Shown here piece after piece: positions 1 to 9,765 of a DNA stretch of 64,000 nt. Position 1 is the first letter of the stretch; the number at the start of each line of letters is the position of its first letter. Made by a program: the position numbers and the translations under genes. The notes below the pieces were generated by a model. That model did no database searches. It worked only from the letters and a program-made list of their open reading frames with translations, and was not told the DNA's origin. The stretch covers positions 6,191-70,190 of the forward strand of contig JAQUQD010000003.1 in the NCBI GenBank assembly GCA_028716265.1. The letters are read 5' to 3'. The stretch is from Bacteroidales bacterium. Its GTDB lineage: Bacteria > Bacteroidota > Bacteroidia > Bacteroidales > JAGONC01.

Positions 1-1605
<1,605 letters not shown>

Positions 1606-1770
1606 TTATAAATGTCTTATTTACAAAGGATTTGATGCATTTTAAGCAGGTGCAAAATTATACAATTAAAATGAATTGGGTAAATAAAACCCTTTGAATA
1701 AAATGCAACGTAACACTATTTAAAATCATTTTAGATTGGGAGGATGATCTGTATAAAATAAAAAAAAATG

Positions 1771-1778
1771 TACTTTTG
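1771..1778 (+). promoter_or_regulatory. candidate Bacteroidota -7 promoter box TACTTTTG upstream of 1866 gene
   Basis: Exact match to the TAnnTTTG consensus, in the AT-rich divergent intergenic region 1585-1865. Confidence 0.4.
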
Positions 1779-1865
1779 TCACGCAGGAAATAACCTTTGT
1801 CGCCTCCTTAATTATCATAAAATCAGTATTATTATCACATTCCACGCACATTAAATTCCATATCT

Positions 1866-2879
1866 ATGAGTGATCTGAAAACAAATTATATGGGTATCGA
1901 GCTTAAAAACCCGATCATCGTTGGTGCCTCAAACCTGGTACTGGATGAAAACCATCTCAAGCAGATGGAGGAAGCCGGCGCCGCTGCCATCGTTTACAAA
2001 TCGTTGTTTGAGGAGCAGGTCCAGCTGGAGAACCTGGCCCTTTCCGAAGCCATGGAAGAATATACAGAACGGCATGCGGAAATGACCACCCTGTTCCCGG
2101 ATATCGAGCATGCAGGACCCAGGGAGTTCCTGATGAACCTGCGCAATGCCCGCAAAGTGGTCTCGATCCCGTTGTTCGCCAGCCTGAATGCGGTCTACAA
2201 GGAAACGTGGGTTGAATATGCTGAACAGCTTGCTGAAACCGGCGTGGATGGATTGGAGCTGAACTTTTACTCTGTCCCGCAGGACTTCAATAAGACAGAA
2301 GCTTCCATTACCGATGAACAGATCACCATCGTCAGACAAGTAAAGAAAGCCGTCAGGATTCCTGTTGCCGTCAAAATAAGTCCTTTCTATACAAATCCTC
2401 TGTACCTGATCAAAAAGCTGGATGAGGAGGGAGTGAACGGTGTGGTGCTGTTCAACCGGTTGTTTCAGCCGGATATCGACATTGACCTGGAGGAAAATTA
2501 TTTTCCATACAATCTCAGTCATCAGCAGGACAGCCGCATTGCCCTCCGTTATGCCGGATTGCTCTACGGTAACATCAATGCCAGCCTCTGCGCCAACACC
2601 GGCATTCTCACCGGTGAGGACGTGATCACCATGATCCTGGCGGGAGCGGATTGTGTTCAGGTAGTAAGCACCCTGTACAAAAACCAGATCGAATACATAT
2701 CCACCATGCTTACCGACATCCAGGAGTGGATGCATGAAAAGCAGTACCAGAAGCTGAATGATTTCCGCGGTAAGCTATCCAAAAAACGGATCAAAGATCC
2801 GTTCGCTTACAAACGGGCTCAATACGTTGACATCCTGCTGAAGTCAGAGGAAATTTTCAAAAGATATCCGATGCGTTGA
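1866..2879 (+). CDS. dihydroorotate dehydrogenase-like (class 1 DHOD/DPD-type TIM barrel) protein
   Basis: 337 aa ORF. MGIELKNPIIVGASNL, GVDGLELNFYS and PVAVKISPF are typical of the PyrD-like flavin TIM-barrel family. Divergent from PFOR. Confidence 0.7.
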   Translation: MSDLKTNYMGIELKNPIIVGASNLVLDENHLKQMEEAGAAAIVYKSLFEEQVQLENLALSEAMEEYTERHAEMTTLFPDIEHAGPREFLMNLRNARKVVSIPLFASLNAVYKETWVEYAEQLAETGVDGLELNFYSVPQDFNKTEASITDEQITIVRQVKKAVRIPVAVKISPFYTNPLYLIKKLDEEGVNGVVLFNRLFQPDIDIDLEENYFPYNLSHQQDSRIALRYAGLLYGNINASLCANTGILTGEDVITMILAGADCVQVVSTLYKNQIEYISTMLTDIQEWMHEKQYQKLNDFRGKLSKKRIKDPFAYKRAQYVDILLKSEEIFKRYPMR

Positions 2880-2936
2880 GAGGAGAAAGGAAAGAGATTC
2901 TGGTTACTTTATTTCTCATCTCTCCTCTCTCCTCTC
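2878..2936. terminator. imperfect hairpin between convergent genes, built from inverted heptamer tracts (GARAGGA)x3 / (TCTCCTC)x3
   Basis: gagaggagaaaggaaagaga (2878-2897) pairs with tctcatctctcctctctcctctc (2914-2936): 9 bp, mismatch, 4 bp, mismatch, 3 bp. It overlaps both stop codons (2877-2879 and 2935-2937). Confidence 0.5.
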
Positions 2937-4512
2937 AAAACGGAAACTCCTCCTTGTAATCAATCTCTTCTTCTTCCTTAGTTTCATCGGGCAGCATGGC
3001 TGTCAGGTGGATCGGATTGGCGTCTACCACGATGGCCTTGGGATCGGTCGGGCAGGCATATTCACAGGCCCCGCAACCGATGCAGATATCCGGCGTTACC
3101 TCGGGAATTGTCAGTCCGCTGATGTACGGTACCATCTGGACCGCTTTAGTGGGACAATGCTCCGAACAGGCTCCGCATGCCGTGTTTTTCGTATGGACAA
3201 TACATTCCCGCCTGATGAAGCGAGCCTTGCCCAGCTGAACCTGCTTTTTCTCGTCAACGGTCAGGGACAGCAGTGCTGAGGTAGGACAGACTTCCGTGCA
3301 AACCACACAGTCATAGTTGCAGAAGCTGACCCTATAATCCATCACAGGCTGGAAGAGACCTTCCCAGCCGTAAGCAGCCAGCCGAGGCTGCAGGACCTGT
3401 GTAGGACAGGCGCTGACACATAAAAAGCAGCCGGTGCACGCCCGGGTGAAATGGTGATGACTGACCGAACCCGGAGGGGAAACGGGCAGTACATCATGCC
3501 CTCCACCTTGGAGTCGCTTTCCTCTGTCCTGCCCTCCCTGCCTATGCCGGTGCTGGCCACTGACAGAGACCAGCGATCCCAGGAGCAGAGCCATGGTCAG
3601 CAAGAAATTCCTCTTGGAAAGATCCGTTTTTCCCATTGAAACATCACCGGTAGTCTTTTTCAGCGATGGAGCATAATGGACCCCCCTGGCCGAACACACC
3701 GTCAGGCAATTGAAGCAGGCAATGCACCTGGAGTGATCCACCGTGCGGTTCTTGATGTCGATGCACCCTGCCTTGCAAGTAAACATGCAATCGCCGCACT
3801 GAGTGCACTGAACCTGATCCAGCCGGAAGCGGTAAAGGGAGAACTTCGAAAGATAACCCAGTATGGTTCCCACGGGGCAAATGGTATTGCAGTATTGCCT
3901 TCCACTGAGAAGGGGAAAGATGACCAGTATCCCCAGGAACAGCATAGCGATGATAAAAGGACCTGCTGTAAAGGAACGTATTTCGACCGGTTTGAACGAG
4001 TAATTGTTGAACGATTCAAAAATCAGCGCCAGAAGGTTGTTGACTGCAATGGCCACAGGCCGGAACAGTTCAACCGTGATCCGCCCGAAAAGGGAATACG
4101 GATCGAGCAGGTTCACCAGCGCCATGGAGCCGGCTGCGACAGAGATGACAATAACCGCAAGGATGGTCAGCCTGAGCATGTTCCTGGTTTTCAGGTGACG
4201 GAACCTCCTCTTTTTCCGGATCTTCCTGTGGATAAAGATCACCACGTCCTGAAAGATCCCTGCAGGACAGAGGACGGAGCAATAGACCCTTCCAAAAAGC
4301 AGGGTAAGGACGATCACGATGAGAAATCCGAGGGAAGTGATTCTCAGCAGGTGGATGAATTCAATCAGGGAGGGAGTGAATTGAATGAAGGTCATCCTGT
4401 GATCAACATGCTGAGGAATCAGGCCAGTAAAATCCAGGAATATAAAGAGTGTAAAAACAAAAAAAACGATGGCCAGAACCTTACGGATATTTTTCAGCCA
4501 GGCCTGTTTCAT
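2935..4512 (-). CDS. membrane polyferredoxin; N-terminal NapH-like part fused to C-terminal NapG-like 4Fe-4S part
   Basis: 525 aa. Several TM helices carry RVYCSVLCPAG and QYCNTICPVG (NapH-type CxxxCP). CxxCxxC...CP clusters follow, then an internal SKRNFLLTMALLLGSLVSV segment, then PPGSVSHHHFTRACTGCFLCVSACP plus three more ferredoxin motifs. Confidence 0.75.
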   Translation of the reverse strand: MKQAWLKNIRKVLAIVFFVFTLFIFLDFTGLIPQHVDHRMTFIQFTPSLIEFIHLLRITSLGFLIVIVLTLLFGRVYCSVLCPAGIFQDVVIFIHRKIRKKRRFRHLKTRNMLRLTILAVIVISVAAGSMALVNLLDPYSLFGRITVELFRPVAIAVNNLLALIFESFNNYSFKPVEIRSFTAGPFIIAMLFLGILVIFPLLSGRQYCNTICPVGTILGYLSKFSLYRFRLDQVQCTQCGDCMFTCKAGCIDIKNRTVDHSRCIACFNCLTVCSARGVHYAPSLKKTTGDVSMGKTDLSKRNFLLTMALLLGSLVSVSGQHRHRQGGQDRGKRLQGGGHDVLPVSPPGSVSHHHFTRACTGCFLCVSACPTQVLQPRLAAYGWEGLFQPVMDYRVSFCNYDCVVCTEVCPTSALLSLTVDEKKQVQLGKARFIRRECIVHTKNTACGACSEHCPTKAVQMVPYISGLTIPEVTPDICIGCGACEYACPTDPKAIVVDANPIHLTAMLPDETKEEEEIDYKEEFPF

Positions 4513-4517
4513 TTCAA

Positions 4518-5444
4518 TTACAGGATGATCTTGTTTATTTTGAGGCTGTTCAGATCCGACCTGCCGACGCCCATTTGTTCGGCGATCCGGATATGTCCGA
4601 TGTCGTTCGGTTCCTTGCCGAAGATCCTGGCAGCAGCGGCATCAACGGCAACCATATCCGTTGACAGGAGCAGTTGTTTCTGCAGGGAGACATCTGCCGG
4701 GGAGACTCCCCTTGGCCCATTACGGGTGAGGATTCTGTAGGCGTCCACGACGTTCAGGTCCGGTTTACGGGTAAACGTTGCGTAGTCGGCTATACACTGC
4801 TGCAGGTCATTGCGGTGCCAGAACATCCTGTCCCAGACCACACCCATCAGGTTCTTCATGGACAGTGTGAGCCCTGCTGAAGAATGATGCTTGATTACAG
4901 GCACATTGATGAATACATCCGACTGAAGGATCAGCTCGTGTACTTTGGCACTCCGAAGCTTCTTCCCCATCTTTATATCGACCTGCTGATAATAGCTTTC
5001 CTGATTACCCGGCACCATTTTCCCGCCGGCATCGCTTACAGCCTGTTTGATTCCGCTGGTGACATAGCATTGATCCCATTTATCGCAGGTATTGTCGAAA
5101 ACGTATACCATCGAGGCTCCGGCGGCAAGACAGTGCTGGATGATCCGTTTCACCAGCAGGGGATTGGTGTTGCCAGCCCGTTCGGGCGAAACGTCCCACC
5201 CGATGTTGGGTTTGACGACCACCGACTGACCTTTTTTCACAAATGCCTGCATCCCGCCCAGGGTATCAATGGCCTTGTCGAACATACGATCCGGCTCGCC
5301 ACCTTTAACGGCCACAAGATCATATGGCAATTCTCCGGCAGGGCCCGGCCAGGCTGACAGCCTGCCGAAACCACCAAGCATCGTTGTCGCCCCGGCAGCC
5401 AATCCCGCTCCAACGCCAGTCTTTATAAATGCTCTCCTTTTCAT
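4518..5444 (-). CDS. Tat-signal DUF362 domain protein
   Basis: The ORF track starts at 5546, but MKRRAFIKTGVGAGLAAGATTMLG (ATG at 5444) is a twin-arginine signal (RRxFIK). The body (VVVKPNIGW...FINVPVIKHH) resembles DUF362. It lies 5 nt upstream of the polyferredoxin gene. Confidence 0.65.
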   Translation of the reverse strand: MKRRAFIKTGVGAGLAAGATTMLGGFGRLSAWPGPAGELPYDLVAVKGGEPDRMFDKAIDTLGGMQAFVKKGQSVVVKPNIGWDVSPERAGNTNPLLVKRIIQHCLAAGASMVYVFDNTCDKWDQCYVTSGIKQAVSDAGGKMVPGNQESYYQQVDIKMGKKLRSAKVHELILQSDVFINVPVIKHHSSAGLTLSMKNLMGVVWDRMFWHRNDLQQCIADYATFTRKPDLNVVDAYRILTRNGPRGVSPADVSLQKQLLLSTDMVAVDAAAARIFGKEPNDIGHIRIAEQMGVGRSDLNSLKINKIIL

Positions 5445-5492
5445 TCTCAGAATGACAGTATATAGATGAATAGCCTTCCAGTCAAATGGCCA

Positions 5493-5500
5493 CAAAAGTA
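5493..5500 (-). promoter_or_regulatory. candidate -7 box (TACTTTTG on minus strand) for the DUF362/polyferredoxin operon
   Basis: Plus strand reads caaaagta, about 49 nt upstream of ATG 5444. Confidence 0.4.
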
Positions 5501-5534
5501 AAAAAAAAAAGACTGTTACCCGCAAGGGACAGTC
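5500..5534 (-). terminator. rho-independent terminator after the sigma/anti-sigma operon
   Basis: Hairpin gactgt-ta-ccc-gcaa-ggg-acagtc (5511-5534) with a GNRA tetraloop. On the minus strand it is followed by 11 U (A-run 5500-5510). It sits 31 nt after stop 5565. Confidence 0.75.
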
Positions 5535-5564
5535 TGTTGCTAACAATCCTATGTTGCCGATCGT

Positions 5565-6317
5565 TTACATCCGCTGCAGCTCTTTGAGAATCTGATCTGC
5601 ATCTTTCTGGTAATCATGTACCTGGTCGGCGGCAATGTGCTGGAACAGATCCACGGCATTCTCTGTCTCGCCGATCTTCAGGTAGCAAAGCGCCAGGTAC
5701 CATTCGGCCGATCTCCTGTACAGGCTGCTGTTGTTCCGGGCGATTTGCGAGAGGCTGGTAATGGCCGGCCCGAACTGTCCGGTCTCGATGTAGCAGATAC
5801 TTTGATAGAAGCGGACCGCGTAGTCATCGGGATTCCCCTGAAGGATAAGGTCAAAATATTCAATGGCAGGAAGAAAATCCTTCTTCTGAAAAAGCCGCAG
5901 AGCTTCTATCAGGTCAACGTCGGATCCGCGCGTGACGCGCAGGGGTTGTTCAGAATTGTAATAGCTGCTGAACAGTCTATCGTTGGAGGGTTTGCGTGGC
6001 AGAAGGAAAACCAGGGCAACCGTGGCCAGAAGCAGAATGAAGGACGCTGCAGCAGCTATCTGATAAGGCTTTGAGTACAAAAAACGCAGGATACCGGACT
6101 TTCCTTTAGACTCCTGAACTATTTCCATGAGCTTACGCCTAAGCTCCAGTGTATCCTCATCGCGGATCACATCCGCCACTTCCGTGTCAAATTTGTATTC
6201 AGCGGCTAAGCCCTTATCCTCGTTCAACTTCAATAAGAAATTCCTGGCCGTTTCCTCATCCATCTCGTCATTGACATATTGCTCGATCAATAGGGCGAAA
6301 TTCAGTTTTTCATTCAT
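5565..6317 (-). CDS. putative anti-sigma factor: one TM helix and C-terminal TPR-like repeats
   Basis: 250 aa. It overlaps the upstream sigma gene by 8 nt. Central hydrophobic helix AAAASFILLLATVALVFLL, then TPR-like segments (AIEYFDLILQGNPDDYAVRFYQSICYIETGQ...). Confidence 0.5.
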   Translation of the reverse strand: MNEKLNFALLIEQYVNDEMDEETARNFLLKLNEDKGLAAEYKFDTEVADVIRDEDTLELRRKLMEIVQESKGKSGILRFLYSKPYQIAAAASFILLLATVALVFLLPRKPSNDRLFSSYYNSEQPLRVTRGSDVDLIEALRLFQKKDFLPAIEYFDLILQGNPDDYAVRFYQSICYIETGQFGPAITSLSQIARNNSSLYRRSAEWYLALCYLKIGETENAVDLFQHIAADQVHDYQKDADQILKELQRM

Positions 6318-6894
6318 TGATCATAAAATTTTTACTTCTCGGATCGTTTTTTATCCTCTTCTTTAACCTCTCTTTGCATAAAAACTTCCTAGTTTTCGTA
6401 TATTTTACTGATTTATAACCCATTATCTTCATTATTTCACTCAGCGGGGTCTTTCTCATGAACAGTCTCAGCAACTTCTGGCAATCCTCCCCCAATGCCA
6501 GAAAATGCTGCTGAAAGATCTTCACCCGTTCCCTTTCCTCATCGTACAGATCATACATCATCACATTCGACAGCTCGATGAAATTTTCTATATCTCCGAT
6601 GTTGGCAGGATTGATCCTGTTTTTTTCAAGTTTTTGGAGCCAGACATGCCTGCAAACAGAGTATAAAAACGTTTTAAAAGAACATTCAAGACTCAATTCC
6701 CGATCCCTGGCCTTCTGATAGATGATCACAATTGCATCCTGAAAAACATCTTCCGCATCCTCAACCGTGCCTTTGTTTCTTTGGATGAAGCTTCTGATCG
6801 TGTTAAAATGCTCATTAAAAATGAAACGGATGATCTTTTCATCTTGCCGCACCAAACCCTCAAAAATTTCACCGTCAGCGTAATGAAGCATCAA
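6310..6894 (-). CDS. sigma-70 family (ECF-like) RNA polymerase sigma factor
   Basis: 194 aa. Region-2-like DAEDVFQDAIVIIYQK...FKTFLYSVCRHVWLQK and a region-4-like C-terminus. Confidence 0.7.
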   Translation of the reverse strand: MMLHYADGEIFEGLVRQDEKIIRFIFNEHFNTIRSFIQRNKGTVEDAEDVFQDAIVIIYQKARDRELSLECSFKTFLYSVCRHVWLQKLEKNRINPANIGDIENFIELSNVMMYDLYDEERERVKIFQQHFLALGEDCQKLLRLFMRKTPLSEIMKIMGYKSVKYTKTRKFLCKERLKKRIKNDPRSKNFMINE

Positions 6895-7079
6895 TAACGT
6901 ACTTTAATCCGTTTTTTATCAAAAGGTAATACGCATATCCCCAACTATTTTTCAATATTATTCAACATGTGTTCGTCAACGTCACTGAGGAGGTGGGATA
7001 TTCTGATGCAAAGATATAAAAACCGCGATAACAATTATAATAGGTATGAATTTGCTGACGGGTCTTGCTTCATAACAAG

Positions 7080-7087
7080 TATCTTTG
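7080..7087 (+). promoter_or_regulatory. candidate -7 box TATCTTTG upstream of mutS2
   Basis: Exact TAnnTTTG, 18 nt before GTG 7105. It lies inside the N-terminal extension proposed by the ORF track, which argues for the shorter gene. Confidence 0.45.
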
Positions 7088-7104
7088 CACTCAAATCGTT
7101 TAAG

Positions 7105-9594
7105 GTGTTCTATCCTATTGATTTTGAGACGAAAATTGGGTTTGACAGGGTCAGGGAGCTGATCCGCGACCATTGCCTGAGCCATTTGGGGGCACGGCAT
7201 GTTGACCAGATGCATTTTACCGGGGACTATGACCACGTCATCCGCTGGACGCAGCAGGTGTGGGAATTCAAGACCATCCTGTCGGGCGGGCTGACGTTCC
7301 CGAATGCGAATTATTTCGACATGACGGAGGAGATCGGTCGTTTGAGGACAGTGGGAACCTTTATCGAACCGGAGGCCTTGTTCGATATGAGGTCTTCGTT
7401 GTTTACCATCACCGAATGCCTTCGGTTCCTCGGGGGAAAAAACGGGGAACGCTTTCCGGCCCTCTCCGATAGCGCACAGGGCATCCGTGTGGATACGTCG
7501 CTGTTGGAGCAGATCGATGGGATCATCGACGAAAAGGGCACTCTGCGTGACACGGCTTCACCTGTCCTGAAAAAGATCAGAACGGACCTGGTCGCACGGC
7601 AGCACCAGATCGACAGGAAGATACAGGTCACCCTGCAGAAAGCCAAGAAAGAAGGGTGGATCAGCGAAGACACGTCCGTTACCATCCGGAGCGGCCGGGC
7701 GGTCATACCGGTTCCCGTCACCCACAAACGAAAGGTCCATGGCTTCATCCATGATGAATCGTCTTCCGGCCAGACAGTCTTCATTGAGCCCACTGAGATC
7801 TTTGATATCAACAACGAGATCAGGGAACTGGAGCATGCCGAGCGGCGGGAGATCATCCGCATTCTGACGATGTTCACCGACAGGCTCCGACCCCATCTGG
7901 ATTCCCTGGAACAGGCTTATGAATTTCTCGGACTGATCGATTTCATCCGTGCAAAGGCCCTTCTTGCACTGCAGATCAAAGGGGAGAAACCTTCTGTCAG
8001 GCCCTATCCCCTGATCCGATGGATCCACGCCATCCATCCCTTGCTCTACCTGGCTCATCAGAAGCAAAACAGAAGCGTTGTCCCTCTGTCTCTCGAGCTG
8101 GATGAAGAGCACCGTATCCTGATCATATCCGGACCGAATGCAGGTGGCAAATCGATCTGCCTGAAGACAGCGGGGCTTTTGCAGTATATGCTCCAGTGCG
8201 GACTGTTGGTGCCTCTTTCGGAATATTCTGAAATGGGAATATTTCAGCACCTGTTCATCGATATCGGTGACGAACAGTCCATCGATAATGATCTCAGCAC
8301 GTACAGTTCTCATCTTTTAAACATTAAATACATTGTCAGCCATGCAGATAAGCATACCCTCTTCCTGATCGATGAGTTCGGTTCGGGTACGGAGCCCCAG
8401 CTGGGGGGTGCCATTGCTGAAGCCACCCTGGAAGTGCTGGACAGCATGGGGGTTTATGGGATCGTTACGACACACTATTCCAACCTGAAACTCCTGGCAG
8501 GCAGGCTACCGGGAATCATCAACGGAGCGATGCTGTTCGACCAGCAGCTCATGCAGCCCCTGTACCGCCTGAAGATCGGCAATCCCGGCAGTTCATACGC
8601 CTTTGAGATCGCCAGAAAGATCGGATTCCCTGACAGGATACTGGAAAGTGCCGCAACAAAGACGGGCAAGACACAGCTTGACTTTGACCAGCAGCTGCAA
8701 CAGCTTGAGTTGGAGAAGGAAGTGGTCAGCAAAAAGCAGACTGAGTTCAGGGTAGCCGATGAGTTTCTGGCGGAGATGATCGGGAAATATCAGAAGATGA
8801 ACGATGAGCTGGAGAGGAGTAGGGTATCAATTCTGGCCGAGGCCAAAGAAAAAGCCCGCAGGATCCTGGATGACTCCAACCGCATTATTGAACAGACCAT
8901 CCGTGAGATCAAGCAGCAGCAGGCGGAAAAGGAGGCGACCCGGGAGGCGAGGAGGAAGATGGAGGTGTTCAGGGAAGAGTTGGAGGCGGGGGACGGAGGC
9001 AGTCAGCAGTCGGCAGGCGGCTGTCAGCGGTCAGAAGTCGGCAGTCAGCAGTCGGCAGGCGGTGGGCGGCGGGCGGCGGGAAGCGGGAAGCGGGTGGCGG
9101 AAGAGGAATGGCAAATGGCGGAGGGAAAGCTTAAGGCAGGGGACACCGTTCGGATCAGGGGGCAACAAACTCCGGGCGAGGTGCTCGAGGTAAAGGGAAA
9201 GGAAGCATTGATCGCTTTTGGCGCAATGAAGGTCAAGGTGGCCACCGACAGGCTTGAAACCCTGGGAAAACGGCTGGAAGAACTGATCGGGCTGAGGCCT
9301 GTCAGGTCATTTCAATCGGTGACCAGCGAGATCCATTCGCGGATGGCCAATTTCAGGCTGACGATTGATGTCAGGGGCAAACGGGCCGAGGAAGCGCTGG
9401 GTGAGGTCAGGAAATATCTCGATGAGGCGATCCTGTTGAACGTTGCCCAGGTGACGATCATTCATGGTAAAGGGGATGGCATCCTGTTCAGGGTGATCCG
9501 CGACCTTCTGAAAGAGATTCCAGAGGTGAAGCATTTTGAAGATGAGAAGATTGAGCGCGGGGGGCACGGTGTCACGGTGGTGACCTTCCGTTAG
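7105..9594 (+). CDS. mutS2: endonuclease MutS2 (MutS domain V ATPase, coiled coil, C-terminal Smr)
   Basis: (M)FYPIDFETKIGFDRVRELIRDHC N-terminus, Walker A ISGPNAGGKS, LIDEFGSGTEP, and a C-terminal Smr domain (LTIDVRGKRAEEAL...VTIIHGKGDGILF). The GTG 7105 start is chosen from the family N-terminus and the -7 box. The ORF-track start 6967 is probably too long. Confidence 0.9.
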   Translation: MFYPIDFETKIGFDRVRELIRDHCLSHLGARHVDQMHFTGDYDHVIRWTQQVWEFKTILSGGLTFPNANYFDMTEEIGRLRTVGTFIEPEALFDMRSSLFTITECLRFLGGKNGERFPALSDSAQGIRVDTSLLEQIDGIIDEKGTLRDTASPVLKKIRTDLVARQHQIDRKIQVTLQKAKKEGWISEDTSVTIRSGRAVIPVPVTHKRKVHGFIHDESSSGQTVFIEPTEIFDINNEIRELEHAERREIIRILTMFTDRLRPHLDSLEQAYEFLGLIDFIRAKALLALQIKGEKPSVRPYPLIRWIHAIHPLLYLAHQKQNRSVVPLSLELDEEHRILIISGPNAGGKSICLKTAGLLQYMLQCGLLVPLSEYSEMGIFQHLFIDIGDEQSIDNDLSTYSSHLLNIKYIVSHADKHTLFLIDEFGSGTEPQLGGAIAEATLEVLDSMGVYGIVTTHYSNLKLLAGRLPGIINGAMLFDQQLMQPLYRLKIGNPGSSYAFEIARKIGFPDRILESAATKTGKTQLDFDQQLQQLELEKEVVSKKQTEFRVADEFLAEMIGKYQKMNDELERSRVSILAEAKEKARRILDDSNRIIEQTIREIKQQQAEKEATREARRKMEVFREELEAGDGGSQQSAGGCQRSEVGSQQSAGGGRRAAGSGKRVAEEEWQMAEGKLKAGDTVRIRGQQTPGEVLEVKGKEALIAFGAMKVKVATDRLETLGKRLEELIGLRPVRSFQSVTSEIHSRMANFRLTIDVRGKRAEEALGEVRKYLDEAILLNVAQVTIIHGKGDGILFRVIRDLLKEIPEVKHFEDEKIERGGHGVTVVTFR
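8979..9125 (+). repeat. in-frame heptanucleotide-period tract (CAGTCRG-like, about 18-21 units) inside mutS2
   Basis: Units are cagtcag cagtcgg caggcgg ctgtcag cggtcag aagtcgg cagtcag cagtcgg caggcgg tgggcgg cgggcgg cgggaag cgggaag cgggtgg ... caaatgg cggaggg. The 21-mer cagtcagcagtcggcaggcgg occurs twice (9000-9020 and 9042-9062). The tract encodes GSQQSAG GCQRSEV GSQQSAG GGRRAAG SGKRVAE EEWQMAE. Confidence 0.8.
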
Positions 9595-9718
9595 TTCATC
9601 GTTTAGCAGGCCGTTTCCATAAAATAAAAATATTCCGTTACGGCACTAACTATCAACTCATTCCTATCCTGTGGGAGGGCAGGTTCTTTTTTTTGATTGG
9701 CAAATGGGAATTATTACT

Positions 9719-9726
9719 TATCTTTG
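9719..9726 (+). promoter_or_regulatory. candidate -7 box TATCTTTG upstream of the carboxyltransferase gene
   Basis: Exact TAnnTTTG, 40 nt before ATG 9766. Confidence 0.4.
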
Positions 9727-9765
9727 CCCACTCAATTCAAAGGCGTTCACTATTAAATTCGGTTC

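Noticed and set aside
6967-7104. N-terminal extensions proposed by the longest-ORF rule. These are mutS2 from 6967, mraY from 19740, gldA-like from 33523, rplM from 32819, rpsB from 31826, DUF362 from 5546, the T9SS gene from 36763, the paralog from 38682 and the acyltransferase from 14276.
   Set aside because: In each case an internal start reproduces the conserved family N-terminus or a signal peptide. The extension also overlaps the upstream gene or contains the candidate -7 promoter box.
8979-9125. mutS2 heptamer tract as a classical frameshifting phase-variation switch
   Set aside because: The units are degenerate rather than identical, and the only perfect duplication is a 21-mer, which preserves the frame. 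Single-unit slippage therefore seems unlikely. I kept it as a finding about repeat exaptation, not as a demonstrated contingency locus.
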